Of a stretch of 21,975 nt of DNA, positions 12,101-21,476 are shown piece by piece. The notes beneath the pieces were generated by a model. It was not told where the DNA came from and ran no database searches. It saw nothing but the letters and a program-made list of their open reading frames with translations. The stretch comes from Rotaria socialis (taxonomy: Eukaryota), in NCBI GenBank assembly GCA_905331295.1, contig CAJNYD010000039.1:310001-331975 (forward strand), given 5' to 3'. The position numbers and the translations under genes were made by a program. The first letter of the stretch is position 1. Every line of letters starts with the position of its first letter.

Positions 12101-14747
12101 CTTCTTCATTAACAACGGAAAGACGATCAGATTTTGATGAAGAAGACTATGTGAACTGGCCTGATTATTTTTCTACAAGCAAGGCTCCCACAAGAATGAC
12201 ACTGAATTCTTTCATACCTATTTCATCCGAACAAACACTGCAACCCGATGAACGTATAGGATTTTTTCCAATGAAATCAAGTTGGCAGTTGGATGATTAT
12301 CCTATGACAATCAATACTGTGCCATCGAAAAGCTATCATACAATACAAAATACAAGCAGCATAATAGAAAAGGATATGGCAAGAAGTCAGAGTAAAGGTA
12401 ATATTTACTTTTCTAACTATCAAGATCAACGAATAACAAAATAAAAGGAGACATATTTTTATTATATCGTAATATTTAATAGGCACTTCAGCATATAAAT
12501 GCTAGTCTATTTGATTCTAAATCGCCAGCTTGTTATGGTACTCGTTACGTAAGTTTAGTGAGATCTGAACGATACAGAAGGAGCATTTTCTTCCTCAATC
12601 CTAGTCAGAGAACGAAGAGTTGTAATGTTCGATAAAAAAATTCGATTTAAATTTAGGAGCAACCGATACTTATCGTCACAGTACAATTCAACGTGCTATG
12701 GAACGATCAAATAACACAATTTCAGATGAACATGAATGGTTAAATAAAACAGGTACACGATTTAACATAATAATAATAAATCTAGCATACAAAGATATAT
12801 ATATGTATTTAGATGTTACAATTGTCGCTATATCACTATTGTTTATTATTTTATTATTTATTATAAATTTATCCTTATATGGACTTCGAAGGTAAGTAGC
12901 AAAAAAAGTTTAATTTGAACGAATATTCAAGAAAACAAAACTTATAAATTTCTAGACGTCGCCGTCGGTTTCAAGGTCGTCATTTATTAAGTGAATCAAT
13001 ACCATCATCATTAAACGATAGAAGAAGTATTTCCGATGGTCAGCTACAACGAACACGATTCGGTGAATCAACAACGAGTTTAGTTAACGTTACTAATCGC
13101 ACAAGTAGCACTGAGAGTACTAAGAATGATCTTTTACCAGCAGTTGGTAAATATTGAATATTGCAAAAGATATCAACAAGACTAATATATTACTATAATT
13201 ATAATTTAGGCGAAATAGTCATATGGGATGAAAAAGATCAAGGTGGTTATATGATTGATAATCAAGGTGAATGGGCAAAAATTCAAGATCGACAATGGTT
13301 TCGTCGTAATATATGGAAAAATTGTAGCAAATCATCATTTTCAAAAGGGTGAATTCCATTTTGAAATAGTGATTATTTTAATCTTATATAAAACGTGTTT
13401 TCATGAATAGTTTTCGATCACACCTTCAAATGGCTCGTCAATCGAGTAAAAAATTACATGTTCGTCACCTACAAACACCAATATCACCACGAATTCTACA
13501 ACAGAAAATAAAACATCCCCTTCTTTTGGACAGTGAGCATTTCTTGGTGAAAATAAGCGTTAACCTTCTTATTCGATATTTTTTATATTCAGATGCTGTT
13601 CTTACACCTGTACCCGAAGCCGATGATTATCAATCATCTTTATTGAGTTCATCAGATTTTCTCATGCGAAGTTCCGATGCAACATTGACTAATTCTAATA
13701 AAAATTCAAATTCTCAAAGAGTAAATTCAATTTATATTTATTCAATTTTGCTTTTCTTTTGTTTTAATTTTCTAGGCAACAAAAGTCGTTCAAGCTTTAG
13801 TACATGCAGAGCAAAATCACAGTGATGACTATTATAAAGGGATTGAAACTGGCGGAGCTGAACTGAATTATATAGGGCCACAAGGACATGCTCAAGGAGA
13901 TTATTCTACTACTGATCAGCAAACTGATCGAAGTTTAGAAAATGAAACTGATGCTGGAGCATCAATAAATCTTAGTGTGCCAATTAAACTAAGACGTGAA
14001 GAAGATACTATTATAACAGTAGATGACGTGGAGTCTATTTACAATCATAATTATGCAACCCAATCTCTTATGAAAGTAAGATGTTGTAAATTTGAAATTC
14101 GAATGACAGATTTTTATCAGAAAAAAAACTAGCGTTATTTAAACTTATCCAATATTCATATTTGAGTTCAGTCATCATCTAGATTCGACTATTCAAACAT
14201 CACAGTAACGAAATTTCTCATAAATGTTTTTAAATTATTCTTTTTACAGAGTGCAAATATAAATGTACGACCCAATTACCTTCTGCCAAATTATAGCAAT
14301 CAATCAGCTACTAAACAACCTGTTAAAATATATAAAAATGCAGCAAGTAGTCCAATAATTATTGGCCATTGTCAAATAGATTTTCAGCCACTTGATCCCA
14401 ATTCATTATGTAAACCAACGGCTAAATCATTACTAGCTGAGCAACAACAATGTTATACTAGTTCACAAGGTTTTCAAATATCAGCATATGATTCAGGTTT
14501 TTTTGACGAGCAATCAAGTGACAATTCAACAAGACCGTCAGCAAAAATGATTGATATCGTGAAAAATAATCTAACAAACAACTCAAAAATAGAACGTAGG
14601 AATATCGATGATCTATTTAGCAATACAACGAGTGAAGATTATGGAGATAGTGTAATATCGTTGAATGATTTATCAATGCAAAGTTTAGGAAAACCAATGC
14701 GACAAAATCATCAACATATTTCGAAACATGTATCATTTCAGAATTAA
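9127..14747 (+). CDS. Type I transmembrane SUEL/galactose-binding-lectin-like + CUB + mucin-stalk protein, ~1298 aa, 15 exons: 9127-9217, 9272-9613, 10219-10398, 10471-10641, 10696-10938, 11014-11466, 11534-12397, 12657-12752, 12813-12891, 12956-13146, 13210-13348, 13411-13532, 13593-13720, 13776-14075, 14250-14747
   Basis: All 14 introns are GT-AG with matching phases, and the joined CDS is 3897 nt and open. Signal-peptide-like N-terminus MTNFKIIFLFLWMFFIQKSMT. Lectin-like Cys pattern INC..KIRMLDAF..C..ACSGRENC..C..YTMAFFEC. CUB motifs WGTLKTPNFPNPY..NDCWC and SNTLYLNFYS..RGGFWLVYE. Poly-Thr stalk. TM VTIVAISLLFIILLFIINLSLYGL followed by RRRRRR. Confidence 0.8.
11261..11440 (+). repeat. (ACT/ACA)n coding microsatellite encoding a poly-Thr mucin-like stretch; a second tract lies at ~11923-12003
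   Basis: Runs of actactact, acaacaaca and actagt units, in frame as TTTT/STT in exons 6 and 7 of the lectin-CUB gene. Confidence 0.9.
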
Positions 14748-14899
14748 ACATTCCTCCTTTTTTTCTCTGTTTATTTGTTGAACGGTTCGTCTGCCAAAAA
14801 ACAAATTTTAGGATTTAACTTGTGAAATAAACGAATTGACTTTGATGACTCTGTATGATAGAGAAAAAAAAAGCAAATGTTAAATATAAAATAAAATAA

Positions 14900-16362
14900 A
14901 AACAATTTGACAGTGTAATCTATGTTTAATAATCATTATAGCATAACTTTTTCTTTGACAATGATACAGTTTTGCTAAAGGTTATGGGTGCCATTGACAA
15001 GTCTTTTGAAATGCTATTGTTATATTTCGCTCATATTCGCATTGCTACGAAAATAACATACAGTTGAATTTCAAGCATATGTTTACTACATTTAATTTTC
15101 AAACTTCAGTATATTTTAAAATCTTGAAGTATTTATTTTGTATTGACTGAAATAAAAGAAACAACGCCGTATTTGCATCTATCATGTTTCATCCTTACAG
15201 TAATTGTATAAGTGATTTCTTTTGGTAATTGTCTGAAATGCAAAGCTCTTAATGTAACCGAAAGAACATTTTTATTCTCAACTATTTTTCAAAGGTAAAT
15301 ATTTTCAATTCAAGAAGAAGGTTATTTTCTTTAAAAGTCTACTGACCAATAATATCTTTCATGTTTAGCAAAAAGATATGAATTAATAGGCTTCTTTACC
15401 TTGCCTGAACAAGTCATTCAATGATTTCTTTTAGAATAATACTGCTTTATATTTCGACTGATACGTCATTCAACACATGTATTTGTTTTTCTGCATTTGC
15501 AATGTTGCGAGTTGCGCCTGTTATTTTATTATGGATTCTTTAGAATAAATAGAGAAGATTTCTGATCGATTCTATACATGAATATGATTAATGTTGAATA
15601 TCAGCGCTCTACAAGAAGAAAAAGAAAAAAAATAGTATCACTAGAATTCCACTCAATATTTTCCGCTCGATATATTTTAAAGTAGCTACTTGTCTATTTT
15701 CAATGGCTTTATTTCGCTTCAATGAACGCACGATATATCTATGTATACTAATACTAATACAGTCAAGCACACGACCAAGCAAGATGTGTGGATGATTCAC
15801 GGCCATTTCTTATCACATTGTGTAATGCTCTTTCAAGTTTTGACAGCTTCAAACCTACTTTAAGACGATGCTCGCATAGATAAATAAGAGTATCCAATGG
15901 TCCCCATACAGGTTGTCCGATTAAAAAATCCTGCATTTTTAATTCTGCCAATAATGAAAGAAGTGTTCGATCATCAAATCCATCCGATCCATCGAATTGA
16001 GCACGTATTTGACAAAGAGTAATATTTCTTTCTTCATCATTTACTTCAACGTCATTGCCTAAAATGCGTAAAAAAATTAATTGAACTATTTTATACAATG
16101 CTCCTTATGTAAACATTAGAATGTGTTTCTTTCTCATCAGATTTCTCGTACACTGTAAGTCAGGTAAAACATTATCATGATTTTTTTCTCTCCATAATAG
16201 TCATTCAGTATTTATATTAAATATTCTTCAATAACAGAAATGGTACGGGAAAAAAATATCATACTTACTGCTTCTAAGCGAATATGAAATGAGTAGAATT
16301 AATATCACAATACTGACAATTACCGCTTTTTGTGGTAGTGGGACTGTTTTAATGTTCTCCAT
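14900..16362 (-). pseudogene. Probable decaying gene for an unknown protein with an N-terminal TM/signal anchor; exon 1 16362-16269, exon starting 16058, further exon-like blocks interrupted by stops and frameshifts
   Basis: ATG 16362 MENIKTVPLPQKAVIVSIVILILLISYSLRS A|gtaag joins in phase to tttag|GC at 16058 (SNDVEVNDEERNITLCQ...LHNVI). A protein-like continuation (EMAVNHPHILLGRVLDC...) needs a 1-nt shift near 15810. Downstream, acceptor/donor-flanked blocks (polypyrimidine ttcttcttgtag at ~15609, gtaaag ~15399, gtaagg ~15198) contain in-frame stops. The 3' limit is approximate and no family was recognised. Confidence 0.45.
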
Positions 16363-16621
16363 TCGATTTTTGTGCAAATAAAAAATCGAGAAGAAAAACC
16401 AAATGGATGTAATGTGTTAGTATTCAATAGATGTCTTTGTTCTAATACGATGTGTGTGTGTGTTTTCGTTGTTATTTATTGAGAAAAGGAACGTCGCGAT
16501 TGATACTTCTTATGCAAAAATAATAATGTACTGCATAAATAATTTTTTCATGGTTGCTCCTTTTTTCTTTTTCATTCTCTTTTCTTTTTTCTATATAACG
16601 CTTTGTGTTCGTTGTTTCATC

Positions 16622-17131
16622 CCATGTTGTGAAAATCGCTGCGATTTTGGTGATTTAGCAAGAAATGAACGTAACATCGCGATTAATCGTAATCGTACAA
16701 AAGTCGGAATGATTAATCGCGATTAATCGGTAATTTCTTTCTTTTTAAATGAAGATTTTATTCATTTTAATTTCATAAATATAAAATTTTTTTACATTTA
16801 TCGCTTATTATAAGTGAATAATAAAGATAAATTAATACCCATGATCATAATCGCCTGAAATAAGCAATTAAAATTAAAGAGAAAAAAATTTGACAACATT
16901 TTCTTCACTGCTCCGTTTAATTTATATAACGTTTCCAAACTAAGATAAATATAGTAAGTAGGGTCTAATGGATAATACACTGGTCTTTCTAGCTGAGGTA
17001 ACGAATTCATCTCTAAGAGACAGCAGATTTAATATCATAAATATGATATCAGATAACACGGATCAAGATTATTGTTTCGATATATCGCGATTAATCGGCG
17101 ATTTTTTAGCGACTTCTCTTCTCCGACATGG
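16622..17131. mobile_element. Degenerate non-autonomous DNA-transposon-like element with CGATTAATCG palindromic subterminal motifs
   Basis: CGATTAATCG at 16680-16689, 16720-16729 and 17088-17097. Perfect 18-bp palindrome gattaatcgcgattaatc at 16711-16728. Termini ccatgttg...cgacatgg are weakly inverted. No TSD found. Confidence 0.45.
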
Positions 17132-17782
17132 AATATTTTACTGTATAAATTAATCTGTCAATCTGATGTTATCACGGCAGTAGTCGATTAAATTAGCGGC
17201 TCACCCACTTTTTGAAAAATGGAATACGATATTATTTTTATATTTAATTTGTATACAAAGTGTATATAGACGATGTTTAATAGATTAAGATTTTATATTG
17301 TAACGAATATTCCGAATCATAATTGACAATAATAGAGAGGCCGTATCATTAATGTTTACAATATCAAAACTACCGTTGACTTGTCTCGCTTGAGTGGAAG
17401 TAGGGGATTGATTTTAGAGGTGTACAAAAAAAATGTGAATACAAGGTTAAAATAAATTTTCAGTCAGCAATATTTTCAACGTATTTAATAACTTTATTGA
17501 AGAGACCATAGAAAGATTTGTTCTCTTATAATAATATAATGTGAATCAGAAACAATAAAAATCACCTAACAATTCAATTGCACTGAATTTCTATTTGTAT
17601 GTATTTCTTTGGCGAAGAAATGATTACCCAAATCATTTTTTAACTTCTAATGATGGAAATTCTCCGTTTCAAATTGGTACTATTTGAAGGAAGAGTCGAA
17701 TTCAAGGACTCGATTGATTTAGTGTAAGTTTCCAAAATGAAAATTTCAGACTATGAAGACAACCTGGTGACATGGAACTATT

Positions 17783-18586
17783 TTAACCCTTAAAAGTCGA
17801 ATGTCCCTTCCAAGAGACATTTTGAAAATTTGAATAAAACGCATAATGTTAGTGCATGCACAATATTTTTTATTTTCCTCGACTCAAGTGATCTAGTAGA
17901 TCATAATATATCAATTTTTTATTTTGAAACGCTTTTTACTGATGAATACTGGAAGAAAATCTATTTTTCAAGTTGCATCTTCGCGACACATTGTTACTCT
18001 ATCGTATGAAATCATCCAACGATGTTTCGATTGATCTGTTGATGAACTGCGATGCCATAAAGACCATGTCCCTTAGAAGACACCTTCGGTCATGGCGGAC
18101 TAAAAATTTTAACAACCTTTAATTATTATATCAGCTAGTTTTCATCGATTTCTTATCATACTAAAATATTGTTACATGGGAGCATCAAGGAAAACTTAGT
18201 TCAGTGGAGGGATCCAGCTCGTCACAGCCCTGAACCCTTTATGATAGTCTTGATTTTGCTCTCGTAACGCATTCTGTAGCTGCTATATTTGTTAATCAAA
18301 ACTACCAGTGTGATCATAAGATCACTATTTTTTCTTCACTAACAATGTCGACAAAATACTCAGAGGACCCCACCGTCAGATCTTATTTTGAAGTAGAGAG
18401 TGGATAAATTTTGAAAAACTGATCACCGACTACACCGACAGTGCACATCCCTATCTATATCTCCTTAATAAAAAAAAATTTTGTTATTAATATTATGAAT
18501 AATTCTTATTGGGTGTTAGAATTTCTATTTTAATGCTTAGTTTATCCAATTTCTGACGATACGGCCTTCCTGCTTTTAAGGGTTAA
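17783..18586. mobile_element. piggyBac-type non-autonomous element(s): TTAA|CCCTTAAAAG ... CTTTTAAGGG|TTAA
   Basis: Perfect 14-bp inverted match ttaacccttaaaag (17783-17796) / cttttaagggttaa (18573-18586), with CCC..GGG termini and TTAA sites typical of piggyBac. Internal repeat atgtccctt..agaca at ~17801 and ~18066. No transposase ORF. Confidence 0.65.
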
Positions 18587-19177
18587 CACGCTTACAAGTG
18601 AATCTTTTTCTTGTTTATAGATTGATCAATAAGATTATTCAGCCGAATTTAACTAACATCGAAGATAGTACAGTCATCTCCTGTTATGATGAAATTCTAT
18701 AGACATGTTTTTTTTGCATGATATCTTGAAGGAATTCATCGTTAAAACTTCATACTTGCTCGATTCGATAAAATTATCAATTAAAAGTGATGGTATCAAC
18801 TATGTTTTGATACCAAAAGTACATCACTATTTTTACATCGGTTTACGATATTTGACTACTTGTTAACTGTGCAGACGTACACAACAGTTTTCTTGTTATA
18901 AAGCAACTGAATACATTTATTTAAAGAATAAATGTCTTGTGTGAGAATAATCAACATCATCATCACCACTTGATGATTTCACTATAATGGCAAATGGTAA
19001 TCAAAGCCATCTATATATAAACAATAAACTCATGGAATGGTCTCCCCCAATGCAAGTATATCGATTACACTACTAAACACCTATATAAACACAGGCATTT
19101 ATATACTGTTCTTCGACGATGTATGATTAAATCTTATTGAAGTTTATTAATATACGCTAGTACATATGTCTACTGAT

Positions 19178-19648
19178 GAGGGCACATATCCAACTGATAA
19201 GTCGTTTTTCGAATCGGACTTCATGCATTTGGTAGAACCTATTGAGGTATGAAAAACCCCAAAAGAACAAATGCCCACAGATCTTCTGTCTCGAATTATA
19301 GGTATTTTACTGGAATTTTAGTCTTTACCGTGGTATACGCCAAGAAATTGAATGATGATATTTCACGAAGGATTCTAGAACTTTTTTTTTGGAAGTTAAA
19401 TATCTCGGACAGAAAACATATGTTTGAGTCGAAATTTTCAGGACATCCTACTCATAAATAGACTTGTCTATGGGTGAAATATCATAATTATACCACGGTA
19501 AAGACTAAAATTCCAGTAAAATGCCTATAATTCGAGACAGAAGACCTATGGGCATTTGTTCATTTGGGGTTTTTCATACCTCAATAGGGTCCATCAAATG
19601 CAGGAAGTTCGATTCGAAAAACGATTTATCACTTGGATATGTACCCTC
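19178..19648. mobile_element. 471-bp foldback MITE with ~160-bp terminal inverted repeats (19178-19337 / 19489-19648)
   Basis: The arms align without gaps with about 12 mismatches in 160 bp by manual count (~92%). An inner tgatatttcac/gtgaaatatca pair extends the symmetry. Ends (C/T)GAGGG resemble mariner-type termini, but no clean TA TSD is present. Confidence 0.9.
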
Positions 19649-19949
19649 GTGAGAATAATTATATAGAAAGCAGAACTATAATTTCATTACATCAATTAGA
19701 AGATATGAAAATCAGCATCATATCTATATATTACTTCAATTCGATTGCAAAATCTATTGTAAACTATGTGTGAAACTGTACAATGTGTTACAGTTTAAAA
19801 ATAAATATTTGATTACGGATAGATATGATTTATTGAGTAAATATATATTAATTTTATTAATATGCTAGGGCAAAAAAATAGTGGGCAACCGACTGACAAC
19901 AAAAACAAAAGTGTGACAACAGGAAAATTTTAATGAAAAAAGGAAATTG

Positions 19950-20748
19950 TTATTTTGATTCATTCAATGGAACTTTTACTTGAAGAACATCAACAAATAA
20001 TTGCTTAAAACTTTCCAAGCGATATGTTAGATTATCCAATTCGAATTTCAATTCTTGATTTTGACTTTTTAATGCAGCATGCCGAGCTAACAATTCCGAC
20101 CGTTCTACTTGTTTTTTCTTACGATATTTTTCCGCTGCTGATTTATTTTGATCTTTCTTTCTTAATTTACGTTCAATTATTGTTAAGCTTGTTTTCTTTG
20201 TTGATTTATGTGTTGATGAACTTTCTGATGATAATGATATCGATGGTGATGGTGGTACCATCATATCGCTTCGACTTTCAGAATCGATTGTACATTCTTC
20301 ACCAACCCATAATGTTGGATCATTTGATATTGACGAATCATGAACATCCGTTTCAGAACACGGAATTGACGATTGAGTTAGATATTTCTCAAATTCTGAA
20401 AATTCCATTTGTAAATCTAATTTTAAAAAGAAAAATTAATCCAAAGAATGTCAAAAAGGCATTTATTTTACCTGTTTTATCAAGTTCGCTTAAAACAGGA
20501 AATTCAAATGTTGAAAATAAATCATATTGTTGCTGTTGTTCATTGTTATCATTGTTTTCATAATTATTGTCTTTCGTTGGTGGGAACGTATATTCATTTG
20601 ACTTCAATAGAGGTGAAGAAAAATGAATATCATTATCATCAAGTGAAAAGGCATCACTTGATGCTAGGATGGAATTGACTCTAGTGACACAAACATCTTT
20701 GATGTTTGGTGTCAAAAGGTCTCCGGTTTGGTTGAAAGGGAACTGCAT
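19950..20748 (-). CDS. ATF4: ATF4/ATF5-family bZIP transcription factor, ~247 aa, coding exons 20748-20472 and 20416-19950
   Basis: A phase-1 55-bp intron ACA G|gtaaaa...attag|AT joins ELDKT to DLQMEF. The C-terminal bZIP RKLRKKDQNKSAAEKYRKKK...L..L..L..L..FKQLFVDV closely follows ATF4 KKLKKMEQNKTAATRYRQKK...YLKDLIEEV, including the family-typical Tyr in N-x-x-AA-x-x-YR. The N-terminal part is acidic and Ser/Pro-rich. Confidence 0.88.
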
Positions 20749-20815
20749 TTTGTTCGTTTGTATGTGAGACTGGCAATACGAGAAGATTAGTGGCGGATGC
20801 CATTTTGATTTGCAT
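20681..20815 (-). promoter_or_regulatory. uORF2 of the ATF4-like gene: 44 aa, out of frame, overlapping the main CDS by 68 nt
   Basis: ATG 20815, with a second in-frame aaaATGg at 20803, reads MQIKMASATNLLVLPVSHTNEQNAVPFQPNRRPFDTKHQRCLCH* to TAG 20683-20681. It starts 67 nt upstream of the main ATG at 20748. Confidence 0.8.
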
Positions 20816-21039
20816 GATTAAAACTAAATTATAAACATAAAATTTATTGTTTAAGGTTAAAATAAGAGCGACAACTCATTAAAACATTACTCAAGGGTAA
20901 CATAAATGAAACTATTGCCGGTGATTATTGACCCATGTTTTAATGAAATTTTTTCCTCGAGAAGCACAGAAGTACAGCAGTTTATTATTCGACTGATAGC
21001 GTAATCTTTATGAGAAACAAGTGGTAAATACGATACAGC

Positions 21040-21047
21040 TGACGTCA
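21040..21047. promoter_or_regulatory. Palindromic CRE (TGACGTCA) in the predicted first intron of the ATF4-like gene
   Basis: Exact match to the CREB/ATF consensus; function untested. Confidence 0.45.
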
Positions 21048-21370
21048 CTAATCAAATAGAGGTGAGTGGGGGCGAATTGTCGTAGGTGTCTGTGATATCC
21101 CTTTGCGAAAATATTTATCATGACGTGCTTTTAAGATACGTGGCACATGTATGTGGAAATTGCACCCAAAATGCTAGTATCGATATTGATGCATTCCGTT
21201 TAAATTATAGTTTACTAAAACATCTGGCACTACTAATAGATAATTCTGAAATTTTCAAACTCGAAGGATTCCATATGAGATCAGAGAAAGTATATTTTAT
21301 TTCGACCGAGCACACACATCAGGATATAAAGGTGCAATGGGTGATGCAATAAAGAATTGTTTTTACGTAC

Positions 21371-21476
21371 TTGTAAAAAACTGGCACGGTGAGATGCGTG
21401 CTAGGTAGCCAGGGCGCCTGTGTAGGTCGCGAAACGTTTCAAGTCTTCATCATTTTTTAATCAGTTGAATGAATGA
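21371..21476 (-). other. Predicted non-coding first exon of the ATF4-like gene (intron 21370-20824)
   Basis: Donor caa|gtacgt at 21370 (the same donor hexamer as the SNG1-B intron) and acceptor aatttag at 20824. Initiator-like tcattc repeats at ~21467-21476 suggest the TSS, which is approximate. Confidence 0.6.
21439..21453 (-). promoter_or_regulatory. uORF1 of the ATF4-like gene: ATG ATG AAG ACT TGA (MMKT*)
   Basis: A-rich context aaaaaATGATG. It is the only AUG-initiated ORF in the predicted first exon. Confidence 0.7.

Noticed and set aside
12753..12812. Stop-free 60-bp in-frame intron (another at 13533-13592) as possible retained coding sequence
   Set aside because: Canonical splice sites, typical intron size and composition; in-frame openness is plausible by chance.
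19249..19461. 70-aa ORF inside the foldback element
   Set aside because: Starts within a TIR arm and has no transposase motifs; likely a chance ORF.
20024..20678. Plus-strand ORFs of 179 aa and 76 aa
   Set aside because: Antisense to the ATF4-like CDS, with no recognisable features.
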